DNA of 64,000 nucleotides from the human T2T-CHM13v2.0 reference genome, Homo sapiens. A model generated the notes under the pieces. The model saw only the letters and a program-made list of their open reading frames with translations. It had not been told where the DNA came from and did not search any database. Positions 11,871-25,525 of the stretch are shown piece after piece; position 1 is the first letter of the stretch; each line of letters begins with the position of its first letter. A program made the position numbers and the translations under genes. The stretch lies in NCBI RefSeq assembly GCF_009914755.1, contig NC_060925.1; one strand, written 5' to 3'.

Positions 11871-13114
11871 TCTGTTTTTCAGAGACATGAGCAGAGGGCC
11901 AATATCTTTAGAAATATAGAACACTTAAAAATTAAGTCTTATAGGAGCTAGCAAGGTTTTGCCAAATACAGATTCACCCAAAAATGTCAAGTGGCACTTT
12001 GGAATGGAGTGAGAGTGGGCAGGCAGAATTATGAGATTAAAACAGAATCTAAACTCCAAACTGTGGGAGTCAGTCTTGGCTTGTAGCAACCAAGTCTATA
12101 CCTACTGATGATATAAAAGGATTACTTCCTGAAAAGAGTTAAAGGGAAGGAAAAGAGAAAATAGGTGAATAAGAAACATGGAAGATTGAGACACCACAAA
12201 ATACCTCTTGTAAAAAGTCTAAATTAATATAACTAAGTTCAACACTAGACAAAGTATTGTGAACACATGAACATGAGTTAGAAACTAATACCAATCAATA
12301 CACTGTTCACAGGTCTGTTATTTTTTCCTTAGGTTGGGCTTGTATTAACAATTTTCCCAACTGATATAGCAGCACTTCTCAAACGCTTTCATGACATAAC
12401 TATAAAAATTAGTGATATGGCACCTTGAGGAAAACTGATGTGGCTGTTGACAGCAAAATCAACTCCCCTGTGGCTGTAGCCAAATCGGGCACTGAAGACC
12501 AATCCAGGGTTGAGAGGATCAATATTGGTTGTAACCCATTTGTGGCTCTGGAGAAAGACACATCACACCAGAGGGAAGAGTGTATCCAATCAATCCAATA
12601 GTTGGAGAACTTTATTTCTGGATGACATATAAAATATTCTTCAGGAATTATTGAATCACATTCTAAAGGCTGAAAAAGGTATAGGGTTTTCTGCTTATCT
12701 GCAACAGAGGGTATAAGGTATGTGTCCAATGGATTTGTGATGACTAGAAATCATAAGTAATGTGCCCATTAGCTGACTTAATGCATGAAAAGCATTCAAT
12801 GATGTTGTTTGGGAAGCAGAACTTTAGTAATAAGACCACCTTCTTTTCCCCATTAGAAAAATAAATGTTAGGAAGTTCAATTTTCCTAATGTTTAAATAT
12901 CTTAATGTGCTCTGGTGAAAACTTCAGAAAATGCATAACTTGTATTACCCTCACTTTTTTCTTCTACCAATTGCATTATTTCCATCATTTTTCTTATGTC
13001 TCCTTTACTCCTACTGAATTCAATATTCTTCTGTAGTACACGTAAGACAAACAATTCTGAAAAACACTTAACCTAAGTGACATGCCACTTTTGTGAAAAT
13101 AGAAGATAGGAGAA

Positions 13115-13895
13115 AGTAGAAGGAAAATCTCTTGGGACCCAAACTCACTAAGCCAAAGGGAAAAGTCAAGCTTGGGAACTCTGTCATGCAAAACTATATT
13201 CCATATCTGTTCCCAACTGTATGGCTACAGATTCCATACTGTTCCCGAATGGACAGCTACACAGGTAGAAGGTTACATACCTCCCCAAGGGACCTCCCTC
13301 ACAATCTGCTAGCAAGGAAATTCCTGGCTGGCCCAAAGATCTTTACCCGAAAACCATTCTCTTGAATTGTCATGCTGACAATGTAAATGAATGGCTTATC
13401 TTGACAGGCAGTGGACAGACAGGCCTGGGAGTCATCCCTCCACTCCCCTGAAACAAATGCATATTTGACTGCTTCCTCTACTGTGCACCTTATCTTATAT
13501 ACAATCCAGATTCACTGAGCAGGAGATGAGCTTCCTCTACCCTGAGTACCTTATCTTATATATACAATCCAGATTCACTGAGCAGGAGATGAACGCCCAG
13601 TTGAGTGTTCCTCTAAACCCTCTCCTGTCACATCTAAAGTGCGAATTCAGTCAACACTGATTAAAGCCTGGAAAGAAGGAAACTACTTCATTTATTCACA
13701 CTTCCTTTTTCTTTTTTCCTCTAATGCCCACTGTTTCCCTTTTAAATATTGAAGTCTCCCAACCGTCTTTGGAAGAAGCACAAATCTCAGATGCTCCTGT
13801 CATCTCGTGTTCCTTTTTCCCAGGTGCATCCTCAACCTTGGCACCAGAAACATCTACATTGATTGAGACTTGGCTCCAGTGCTTTTTGGTTCACA
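13115..13895 (+). mobile_element. MER4-family ERV1 solo LTR
   Basis: aggaaaatctcttgggacccaaactcactaagccaaagggaaaagtcaagc...ttgattgagac...ttttggttcaca; internal ~60-bp duplication at 13471-13592. Confidence 0.75.
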
Positions 13896-14199
13896 CTTAT
13901 TTATAACTTTAAAGATTTCTCCCCAAACAAAAGAGGCCAGTGACTTTTGAGAAAGAGCTTTTTTAGTTTGTCATAGCCTCTATTTCTAAAGAAATTTAAA
14001 ATCTAATTTTCAATTTCGAGCAAGGCTCTTATCCCCACATCACTGCCTTTAAAATCTCTCTGGAGAGATGCCAAGATTCAGTAAGACATTTTCATGATGA
14101 AATACCAAGAAACGATTCCAGTCCTTCACTTGGGAAAACAATGCACCCTCTGCAAGAAAGGACAGGCTGCTTCTAATGTTCATGGTAAACCCAGTCAAC

Positions 14200-14360
14200 T
14201 TGGATTAATTGCTAACCCAGGAATTCTTCCTGGGGGATGTGGGACTCTATTAGTGAAAAGACTTTTTGACCTAGCCTCACCCCTACACAATGTATTTAAG
14301 AAGTCTGACATTCCACTACTGCTTTAGAAAGACTTGGACCCAGCTTCTCTGAGGTAGGAT
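14200..14360 (+). promoter_or_regulatory. Candidate OR2T2 promoter and first non-coding exon
   Basis: TAATTG at 14206, inverted O/E-like pair cccaggaa-ttc-ttcctggg at 14216-14234, donor GAG/GTAGG with GT at 14354. Confidence 0.45.
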
Positions 14361-15097
14361 CCTTAGATCTTCATGAAAAACAGAACATCACCCAGATATT
14401 GGGATGTTTTCTTCAGGTATTACTCTGTAACTATTAGAAGGCCACGTTACTACTGTGAGCTTATCTGCTAATAACTGAGGCAGTGGTCTTCTCAAGATTA
14501 AGCATAAATAACATATATTCACTATCTGGCAAGCAGACAACTGGAAAAGGGCATTTAGCATGAAACGTGGGAAGCTAAGGGAAATCTAATAGTTCAGAAG
14601 AACATGAATAGATTTACTGAAGGAAGATGGCATGTAAGAGCCGACAGTTGGAAGAATGTGCTTGGTATTCACAATGAGAAAGTTTCAGACTTAATTGGTA
14701 GCAGGGGTGCATACTATTGGATAAGCATAGATTGCCCTCTGAATATCTTGTTAAAATTTTAATTTACATTTTAAGTTAAATGATCCGTTCATATGCATTT
14801 AGGTGTGGCTGAAGACTTCATGCTTGGAGGGAAATTATGATTTTATTCTTTATTTCATTTTAACCTCCTTCCTCTTTTATTTAACCCATAAGGCATCCAT
14901 GTGTGCCTTAAGATAATCTTTTTTTTTTAATAAAACTATTAGAGGTCTCGTAGAAGCCATCTTAGCATGGCATATAAAAGCCTGTTGAGCTGAGTAACTG
15001 GAGCCCAGGGGGAGATGTGGACATGTTGGAAGCTCAGACTGTAGGGGTATAATAATGAGTGCATTGTGTTTATAACTGCAGGTGTCTGCCCCTTGCT

Positions 15098-15314
15098 TCA
15101 GCTCACCTCACCTCACCACTGCTGTTCCTGTGTAATCCTCCATGCCCTCACTCTCCATTTCCTCTTCCATAGCATTAGTAGGGTGGACTAGATGGGCCAA
15201 CCTCAGCTCGCCTCACCTCATCTCACCTCACCACTGCTGCTCCTGTGTAATCCTCCATGCCCTCACTCTCCATTTCCTCTTCCACAGCGTTAGCAGGGTG
15301 GACTGGATGGGCCA
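15098..15314. repeat. Tandem duplication, 2 x ~105-110 bp
   Basis: ctcacctcaccactgctg..cctgtgtaatcctccatgccctcactctccatttcctcttcca...gatgggcca occurs twice. Confidence 0.9.
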
Positions 15315-16524
15315 TATGCCAGATCCTTTGATTTCTATTTGCCACCACACGAACTGACACTGCTGCCCAGAAGCATTCCCCTGCACATCCACATCACAGC
15401 CCTCCTGCTGGCAGCTTGGAATTTAGACCTTTTACTCTCAATGCTCCAGGAAACTAGAGGTACTTCTTTCTTTCTAGTCCATTGGTGATATCCTTGACAA
15501 TGTAGTTTAGGTAAGTTGGCATGTAGCATTAAAACCTGTATTCTTCAAACTGAACTAATTTCTGGCATAGTAAGTGTTCAATAAATGTTCACCTACATGC
15601 CATTATAGTGCTGATTTTGTTTTGTTTTTTTTTAAGCCAAGCAAACCTCTTCTATCTTATGCCTAACTTTCCACATTGAAAATTTCCAAATTGTCAGTTG
15701 GGATGGGAGGGAAAGTAGACTACTTTTCCACGAATGAAAACAGTTACCATTTAAATAAATAGGCAGATAAAGGGGGGTGGTAACTAAGGCAGTATGTAAT
15801 TAGAACTGGAGATAAGGTAAGGGAAAAGAGAAATTCACATCATTGGATACTACGTTGCTGTGGAGAGAAGGGGATAAAATCTGATTAATGTAGGAAGCAA
15901 GGTCCAAATGCATTCATTCATAAAAGCAGACGGAGTACAGGAGTAGCTTGTGTAGGTAGAAGAAGAAAAGGAGTTCCTGGCCAAAGCCCACTGTGGCTAT
16001 GAACACTTATGAGTAGCAATTAATATTAATCTTGCTTTCAAGACTAAAACTGCCAGGTGGCTCTTAAGTACCTTATTTCAGCATGTAACTTTCTGACTGA
16101 AACAACTCCCATTTGCACCTTATTTCTCGACGCTGAGTTCTGGTCTCTCTGCCTTCACTTTCCAGCCGCACTCCACCCCACACACCTCAGCTCTCCACGG
16201 GCTCTTCAGCTGTAGTTAGACTGGACTCTCCCCTCTTTCTTCCACCCCTAGTGCCTGCTAATTCCCATTTGCGAGCCTTTTGACATTATTTACATTGTCT
16301 CTGATCATGTCCTCTCTCCTTCAGTCTCGAGTTTCGGAATCAGACCGGTTTCCCTCTCTACTATTGCACTGTTTAACTGAACTGACTCCTGTCTTCTCCT
16401 GGTTCTTGTGATCCACTATTTTCAAAGCAGTGATCACTTAGATGCTCTTTAAAAGTTTCATGCTTTAAGATCCTTTCAGTCTCTAGCCCTAGGGTTGAAC
16501 CTTTGAGGTAAAGAATTCTGACAT

Positions 16525-17217
16525 GGTATTCCTCTCTTTAACACTTTCATTTCCATAGTTTTAGTTAACCTGCAATCCGCCAGGTTGCTATCTACCATGT
16601 GTAAAAAATATTAAATGAAAAATCTCAAATTTTAAATTGCCCACCATTTTGAGTAGTGTGGTAGAAATATCATCCCTCTGTGTAGTTGATTCACACTGTC
16701 TATGCTACCCCCTGAGTCATTCAGTAGCTGTCTAGGTTATCAAATCGACTGTGGCGGACTCAGTGCTTGTGTTCAAGTAACTCAGTTTTTCTTAATGGCC
16801 CCAAAGAGATGGAGTTAGTGAAGCTGGCGATTTAGATGTGCCAAAGAGAGGCTGTAAGGTGCTTGCTTTAACTAAAAAGGTGAAAGTTCTTGACTTGAGA
16901 GAGAAACCCTCATAAGCTGACTTTGCCAAGATCTATATTAAGAAAAACTTTATCTTTGAAATCATGAAGGAAAAAATTATGCAAGTTTTGCTGTCACACA
17001 TCAAACTGAAAAAGTTATAGCCACAGTATATTGTCTTAGGTATTCTATTTTATTATTGTTAATCTCTTACTGTGCCTAACTTATAAATTCAACTTGATCA
17101 TAGGTATGTATGCATGGGATAAAATATGGTGTATATATAGGGCTCAGTACTGTCTGCAGTTCCAGATATCCAGTGGGGGTCTTGAAAACTGTCTCCCACT
17201 GATAAGGGGAAACTGTA
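16525..17217 (+). mobile_element. MER44 (Tigger7-derived) DNA transposon
   Basis: gttatcaaatcgactgt...cagtgcttgtgttcaagtaac...aatggccccaaag...gggggtcttgaa...gataaggggaaactgta. Confidence 0.8.
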
Positions 17218-18949
17218 CCTTTGTCCACTACTCAAACTGATGCATAGCATCTTCTGGTTTGCTATGACTTCATGTATGTAAAACTTCTAAAGTACCTGGC
17301 ACACGTAAAGCCCTATTGGTTTATGGTTTGGGGAATACCAAACTTCCTGTTTCTCTTCCTCTGTCTCTTAGTGCCTTCCACACCATTATCTTCTCTCATA
17401 AGCTTTAATCAAAGCAGAAAGATCCCAATATACTATCCTTGGCCCCCTTTTTCTCATTCAGGAACAAATAATCGATGACTCTTAGAGCTATGTGGCACTT
17501 AGGATTAGTAACATGTTGGTGACATGCCATTCTTTTACTGAAAGAACACTGAGGTCTGGAGAAGTAACTAGGCGTGTCATCCCCAGAGCAATTTGACAGC
17601 TGAGCAAAGCACAATGGCATTAGCTGTTATTTGTGGCTAAACACCTTTAAAAAGTCCCCAATATATTTTCATTTTTAGAAATCCCCACTTTAGACTTAAA
17701 ATGATCTGCTTCTATGAGGATTTTTGATATGATACATTAATCAAACTTAACTATGTGCCCCTTAAGAATATTGTCAGTTCTATCAATCTTCATAGCTCAC
17801 CCAGTGCTAGGTGAGTGTTTTGAACACGGAATGTGTTTGTGCTTCAGGCATTCTGTCTCTAAGGATGGAATGGAAAACCCTTCCCTTTCAAGCTTTACAG
17901 GTACGTTGTGTCAAGTGGAGAAGATCAGTTCCGGTTAGCAGCTTTATTGCCACAGAAAGGACACTGGCAGATACTTCTCATAGCTCTAGTCATGCTGAAT
18001 TCCCGGAAAGGGGTGTCAGAATGAATTGCTCTAAGCTCTTCTCCCTGGTAGAAGAACCTGTGACTTCTCTTGGAGATCTCTTCAATTTTCGGTGAGTCAC
18101 CAATTGTTCTTGATTTCTATGGCTTCTCCCAGAACAACTGCAGGGCTGTTGTCCTGAAACATACAGCTTTGATCACCTGGCACCCTGCAGAGATTCTCCT
18201 TTCCCTCTTCTCCATGTGGCAGACCACAGGTAGAATAAATGCCTCTTGGCGAGCTCACTCATCCCTCATCCATCAGCCCCAAGTGTGCAGATAACAGATG
18301 TGGAGCTCCTGTGCTTGGTGTCCTCCACCTCTCGGCTTGATCTTCCCACCCTCCCATTCCTGCCAGATGATTATGTTGCAACACTGGGTGATGTTATAAC
18401 TGGTCCTGGGGGTCAGGGGTTCTGGGTTATGTTCTAATCTGCACTGGGGAGAAATCATTCGCCGCCTTGAAGAGCCTGAAGCTTTGATCACGCAAATAAA
18501 AGCTTTTTCTTTTTCTTTTTCTTTTTTTTTTTTTTTTTTTTTTTGGAAAGACTAGTTGATGAAGGGGGGAACCTAAGTGTCTTAGAGTGGAGAATGATGA
18601 TAGTGAGGGAAAGATGAGCTGATGGGGAATGGAATCTAGGATCTTGTATGTGTGAATAAGTCAAACCACACGTAATGCTAAATAGCATCAACTCTAATGT
18701 TAAAATGTAGATGCTCGGAACTGATGTAAACAGAAGTAACTGATGACATGTTTTGTCCATAATGCAGATATTTTCCCTGTCTACTTGCAATGCCCAGTAG
18801 CCTATGGAATAACATTAGGCATGCATTTGAACATGTCACATTTGGTTCTAAATATTGGCTTCATTGAAATGGGTGAATTGCTCGTTTGTGCCAAGCAGTG
18901 TAGTTCTGCTCTTTAGCAGGGCCTTTTCCCTACACATATCCCCACCCAC

Positions 18950-19035
18950 TCACAGATGCACACACCACACATACCATGCTCACACACTCACATATGAACA
19001 CACTACACACACATGTACGCACAACGCTCACACTC
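18950..19035. repeat. Degenerate (CA)n low-complexity tract
   Basis: cacaccacacataccatgctcacacactcacatatgaacacactacacacac. Confidence 0.8.
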
Positions 19036-20090
19036 ACAAGGAACCTTTTTTTTTTTTTTTTTAACACGGTCTCGGTTGTATAAAAATGAGGTGGCTAAAA
19101 TCATATCTTTCTCCTGTTTCAGCTTTTTTACTCTCCTCTTCTGGGATCCTACAGTAAGATAAGATCTAGGGGTTGAAAACGTTCTTATCCTTTTATCATA
19201 GACATTTGAGGCAATAGTGTTTTACCTCCTCTTTGAATACCTTGTGGAGTCTGATTATTTACATGAAACAAAATGCTCTGGTTCATGTTCTGATTCAAAA
19301 GTAATTGGTTATTTTCTTAGGTCATTTTCGTTTGTCTCATTCTTGCCTATTTCAGTTCCTCAAAGTATATTTTTAAAAGGATGATTGTCAGCTAACCTAA
19401 CACTATAGTAATTAATGTATAATATCCATAATGCATTTAACTGAAACAATAGATGTGGGTCAAGACAAACTTACTGTCTGCGAGATTAATATTTTTAATT
19501 TCCAACAAGCTATTGCAAAAGCCACTGCAAATGGAATTGTATATTTAAATAGTCTCTTGACCCATGATTCGAAGCTGTGGCTATCACAAGAAAATCTTTC
19601 ACCTGTTAGAGAAGGCAAAAGTAGCTGACTTTTATCACGCTTGACAGGAGTTAATATTTGATGCTCATGTATTTTTTTCTCCTCAACCAAGGTGTGACAA
19701 ACTGAAGTTTCAGCACAGACCAACACAAAAATTGCTTTTTTTTCTTTCTCCCTTTGGATGTTTATTCATCTTTTAGGCCTATTACTCATATCTCCATCTC
19801 TGAGCACTAAGAAGGAAAACTCTACTGTTGCTATTGTTTTTGCTTCAACATAAGGAGAGTTTATTCCTTGATGCTTCAGGGACTGTAAATTTTGACTATT
19901 CTAGAACCAAAAGATTCAGATACATTTGTAGTATTGGTGGCCAAAACGTTTGACAGAAAACAAGTTTCTTCAGTAATCCTGTCACTAAAATGAGAAGAAA
20001 TACACCATAATCTAATAAAGAAAAATTCATCCCTCAGTATTCCTGAACATATAAAAGGGACACACATTCATATTACTCAAAAAAGCATGA

Positions 20091-20480
<390 letters not shown>

Positions 20481-21499
20481 TAGTTATTTTTACTTATAAA
20501 CATGAAGGATCAGTAAAATGGTAGAGAAATAAACTTGAGGAAAAAACCCAAGTAGCAGTGGATTACTAGGATGATATAATATTAGGACAGGTTCAGGATG
20601 CCACTCTGTCAGAGAAACTCTAACATTTTGGCTAAACAATATTTTAAGATGAGGTCATGATTGAATTCTATGATGCAGCATCTAAATTTTAGCAGAATTC
20701 ATTGTCAACTGGAAAGACCACCAGGATAACGAAACTAAAGCCCTGTTCTGAAGCAGTTTGTGGTGGTTGTCCTGCCAGATTTATGATCCCCAAATTATTC
20801 TGTGAGAACAAATAGACACAAGTTCTCACAGCAGTCCATGCCTAAAAGATGAACTCCTTTTGCAGGACAAAAGTCTAACCACAAGACAGTGTGGCTCCTG
20901 ACCCCAAATGAGGTCATCTGTACTGCTTTGATGTTCCTGACTTTCATAAAGCTGTTCAGTAACAACAGCAGCCAAAAAAGTCAGTTATCTAGATGTTTTC
21001 TATCAATTTAAGTCACAAATAGACGTCTGTGGATGACTCTAGTACAATCATCTCGATGGAGATGCAGAGAGCAATTTAAATTCAAATCATTTCGCTAGGC
21101 GAAATGGGAAATAAGGCACAGTAACCACCCTCAGAAAACTTTCAATCTAAAAGTGATAAGATTATGAAATGTATTCAGAAGATAGTTCAAAGTAAAAATC
21201 AGATTCTAAACCAGGTACTGTATGAATTACATTTACATCTCACATCCAGCCTGTAGAGTACAGAACTATGATGACCTTTCACAGATGATGAAATTGAGTT
21301 GAGATTAATTTTCTGTCCAATATCATACAGATCATTAATACTGAAACCCAGGATTTCAAATGATCCTGAAGTAGGTGATCTTTTCTTGATCTCACGCTGC
21401 TTCTGACATACTATTCCTGGTGGGCTCTTCCTACATATCAGGTCGTTAAATAAGCTGCCAGATTTCTGCCTTTACAGCCCAAGGAGCTTGTCATGGACC

Positions 21500-22474
21500 A
21501 TGGGCATGGAGGGTCTTCTCCAGAACTCCACTAACTTCGTCCTCACAGGCCTCATCACCCATCCTGCCTTCCCCGGGCTTCTCTTTGCAATAGTCTTCTC
21601 CATCTTTGTGGTGGCTATAACAGCCAACTTGGTCATGATTCTGCTCATCCACATGGACTCCCGCCTCCACACACCCATGTACTTCTTGCTCAGCCAGCTC
21701 TCCATCATGGATACCATCTACATCTGTATCACTGTCCCCAAGATGCTCCAGGACCTCCTGTCCAAGGACAAGACCATTTCCTTCCTGGGCTGTGCAGTTC
21801 AAATCTTCTTCTACCTGACCCTGATTGGAGGGGAATTCTTCCTGCTGGGTCTCATGGCCTATGACCGCTATGTGGCTGTGTGCAACCCTCTACGGTACCC
21901 TCTCCTCATGAACCGCAGGGTTTGCTTATTCATGGTGGTCGGCTCCTGGGTTGGTGGTTCCTTGGATGGGTTCATGCTGACTCCTGTCACTATGAGTTTC
22001 CCCTTCTGTAGATCCCGAGAGATCAATCACTTTTTCTGTGAGATCCCAGCCGTGCTGAAGTTGTCTTGCACAGACACGTCACTCTATGAGACCCTGATGT
22101 ATGCCTGCTGCGTGCTGATGCTGCTTATCCCTCTATCTGTCATCTCTGTCTCCTACACGCACATCCTCCTGACTGTCCACAGGATGAACTCTGCTGAGGG
22201 CCGGCGCAAAGCCTTTGCTACGTGTTCCTCCCACATTATGGTGGTGAGCGTTTTCTACGGGGCAGCCTTCTACACCAACGTGCTGCCCCACTCCTACCAC
22301 ACTCCAGAGAAAGATAAAGTGGTGTCTGCCTTCTACACCATCCTCACCCCCATGCTCAACCCACTCATCTACAGCTTGAGGAATAAAGATGTGGCTGCAG
22401 CTCTGAGGAAAGTACTAGGGAGATGTGGTTCCTCCCAGAGCATCAGGGTGGCGACTGTGATCAGGAAGGGCTAG
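21500..22474 (+). CDS. OR2T2: Olfactory receptor OR2T2-like (close paralog OR2T35), 324 aa
   Basis: The first in-frame ATG is at 21500 (the track start 21488 is a TTG). [11 protein letters not shown]..., [42 protein letters not shown]; acceptor ...ctttacag ends at 21477. Confidence 0.92.
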   Translation: MGMEGLLQNSTNFVLTGLITHPAFPGLLFAIVFSIFVVAITANLVMILLIHMDSRLHTPMYFLLSQLSIMDTIYICITVPKMLQDLLSKDKTISFLGCAVQIFFYLTLIGGEFFLLGLMAYDRYVAVCNPLRYPLLMNRRVCLFMVVGSWVGGSLDGFMLTPVTMSFPFCRSREINHFFCEIPAVLKLSCTDTSLYETLMYACCVLMLLIPLSVISVSYTHILLTVHRMNSAEGRRKAFATCSSHIMVVSVFYGAAFYTNVLPHSYHTPEKDKVVSAFYTILTPMLNPLIYSLRNKDVAAALRKVLGRCGSSQSIRVATVIRKG

Positions 22475-22577
22475 CAGGGACTCCCACAGCATCAGAGTGG
22501 TGACTGTGATCGGGAAGGATTAGCGGGGACTCCCAGAGCATCAGGGGTGGTGACTGATCAGGAAGGACTAGCAGGGA
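22432..22577. repeat. 49-bp tandem repeat x3 overlapping the OR2T2 C-terminus and stop
   Basis: Unit ctcccagagcatcagggtggcgactgtgatcaggaagggctagcaggga starts at 22432, 22481 and 22530. Confidence 0.95.
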
Positions 22578-22857
22578 CTAGTGCAAACATCTGCGGTGCT
22601 GCGGCCAATAACGCAGCTATTACAGAAAATATGGTATTGGTTCTGAAGAATGTTCAGTGTCACTTTCAGCAATTCAAAATTAACAGGCAAAATCATCCTG
22701 TTGCAAGGATTACTTAGGAACAGTAGCGAAGTTGGTGAGCATCTCCGCATTAGTCAACTTTGTTCAACTGGATTCACAAACATTTCCAGAGGGCATTCTC
22801 AGTCAAGTAGCCCTACAAACCATTCATGGCACGCCAAGCAGCTCTTGGAAGTGCCCA

Positions 22858-23258
22858 TGTTAACATGTGACCATGAGTCCTTCCTGTCTGTATTGCTAAC
22901 GTGTGATCATGAGTCCTGCCTGCCTGTATTGCTGACGTGTGATCATGAGTCCTGCCTGTCTGTATTGCTAACGTGTGATGAGTCCTTCTGTGTCTGTATT
23001 GCTAACGTGTGATCGTGAGTCCTTCCTGTCTATATTGCTAATGTGTGACCATGAGTCCTGCCTGTCTGTATTGCTAACGTGTGACCATGAGTCCTGCCTG
23101 TCTGTATTGCTAACGTGTGATCATGGGTCCTGCCTGTCTGTATTGCTAACGTGTGATCATGGGTCCTGCCTGTCTGTATTGCTAACACGTGATTGAGTCC
23201 TGCCTGTCTCTATTGTTAACCTGTGATCATGAGTCCTGCCTGTCTGTCTGTATTGCTG
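22858..23258. repeat. 36-bp minisatellite, ~11 copies
   Basis: Unit tgtgaYcatgagtcctgcctgtctgtattgctaacg; translates as repeated CDHESCLSVLLT. Confidence 0.95.
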
Positions 23259-25233
23259 ACCAACTTTTGAATGGAAATTGGAAGGAGCATTTGCCACCTC
23301 CTTGATGACTTAATTTCAAACATTCAATACAAGTAAAATATTTTCTAGTGCTAAATGTGTAGCAATTTTATTAGAAAACATTTAGGAAGGTGATACTATT
23401 TTTGGTTCCATGTTCTTAGTTACATTTTATGAATGTTATCACTTACCTCTGAAATTAAATACTTGCCCTGCCTTTATTCACATGGAGTCCAATATATTCC
23501 TGGAAATATTGATTCATTGATTGAAAATTGACTCTGCCATTAAGATTGTTACATGGCCAAAAACCTACAAAACTGCCATTTATGCTCAAATTGTTAATAG
23601 ATAAATGTAGAATGAATAAACCAAGACATTTTATTAGCTAACTTAGTTCCCGTGGAATAAGTTGCTCAATTTTCTTATTCTCAACATCTTCATTGATATG
23701 CTGAAGACAAGTATTTTTGTAATTAGTTGGAGTTAGGTGTGGTGCTTTGATAGATGTGTAACTTTGGTGGAATACTAACTAAGCAAAGACTACACTGACC
23801 CCACCATTCATGTAACTTTAGTTTCTCCTGTGTGTAAGGTCCTGAAATATGAGACATAAAAAATATTGACGGACCTGGTGTTTATTTTCTTTGTTGATAC
23901 GAGGCTTAGAAAACATTGGACAGAGCGGTTACATAGTTGACAAAGACTAAGCAAAGGTTACTCAGCCTTATGTTGTTCTAGTGTCAACACAGATAGAAGG
24001 AAAAATGTTTCCTCCATTCTTGCTGACGTAGATAAAGAATATTCCCTTCAATATGCTAACCCCTAGGTGGCTTTTCATTCAGAAGGTTCCTAATAATTTG
24101 ATCTTTACCCTGAAATCAAACACATGGAAAAGAGATGGAAGAATGTCCTGGAGGGATTAAGTGAAGAAACAGACCAGGATTCATTTATGAAATATCCTCG
24201 GTGTTATTTCAATTCAGCTCCATTCACATTTTATTCTTTTGTGTCTCTGCACTAATGCCCTCCATATTCTCCATTCTCCTGCCTTAGCTAGCACCTTCTC
24301 GATCTTCCCTCTACAAAACTCCTTCAGTTCACATTGCATTTGTGCTCTATCCTGGGATATGTGTTTTCTTTCCCATTTCCTCAGTTGCTATGTATTAAAA
24401 ATTAGGACTTTTATTCTTATGTTTCCAAGATTAATTCTTTGCATATTTAACTAGAATATTTAACTCTAACATTGACAGACATTTCAAGAGTATACCTGAA
24501 GCAATAAGCGAAATGCATTTTGACAAGTTTCTAGGGATATCATGGACATTAGTGATCGGGGCATGGAAGGAGGTGACTTATTCAATGTTTGAGTCTATTC
24601 AACAAATTTCATGGTGGTTACATCAACGTGTTCTTTTCCTGGTGATTTATCAATCTTTCCACTGTTGATGTGTGTGCTTTTCTGTTAGGCTCTACTTTAA
24701 TACAACTTAAAAAAAAATTTTAATCTCATTTTACACATGGTGTGTATCCACTCCCTTCACACATAAAACTAGTCCCACTGTAAAAGGGAGTGACCAAGGA
24801 TTTTTCCCCAGTCATCTCACCAAATTCTTACATAAGGTAATTTGTGGTCACCAGATTTGCTTCTTTATTAAAATAATATATAAATTTTAATATTGAGTAA
24901 TACACATCATATTTAAGTTACTAAATTATCAGTTGTATACCTGAAACATGGCATGCACTAATCCAGGTAATGAGGAAAAAATAGAAGACTGTCCCTAGTT
25001 TTGAAAACATTTAACTACATTACCTGATTTTGATTCTGATCTTCACAAATTCTTATAAAGTATTTAGAGAAAGAATTAGCCCCATGGGAGATGAAGAAGC
25101 TGATGTTCACAGCAAATTATTGCCCCATTCCAGCAAGAGGCAGATGGGGCTTCAGAACCACGTCTTCTAACCTCTGGTCTGGTGTTTTGTGCCAAGCCAT
25201 GATACTGATAAACAATTTACAAATGAGAGAAGT

Positions 25234-25525
25234 GGCTGGGCATGGTGGCTCACGCCTGTAATCTCAGCACTTTGGGAGGCCGAGGCAGTTGGATCACTTG
25301 AGGCCAGGAGTTCGAGACCAGCCTGGCCAACATGGCGAAACCCTGTCTCTACTAAAAATACAAAAAATTAACTGGGCGTGGTGGCACATGCCTGTAATCC
25401 CAGCTACTTGGTAGGTGAGGCAGGAGAATCGCTTGAACTCAGAGTGGAGGTTACAGTGAGTCAAGATTGTGCCACTGCACTCCAGCCTTGGCAACAGAGC
25501 AAGACTGTCTCAAAAACAAAACAAA
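25234..25525 (+). mobile_element. Alu (AluS-type)
   Basis: ggctgggcatggtggctcacgcctgtaatc...tactaaaaatacaaaaaatta...gactgtctcaaaaac. Confidence 0.95.

Noticed and set aside
12409-12729. 106-aa minus-strand ORF
   Set aside because: No recognisable domain; length compatible with chance.
21488-21499. N-terminal extension MSWT of OR2T2 in the ORF track
   Set aside because: It begins at TTG; the first in-frame ATG is at 21500.
22650-23196. Cys/His repeat ORFs, or a CRISPR-like array
   Set aside because: Head-to-tail 36-bp minisatellite without unique spacers, in a mammalian genome.
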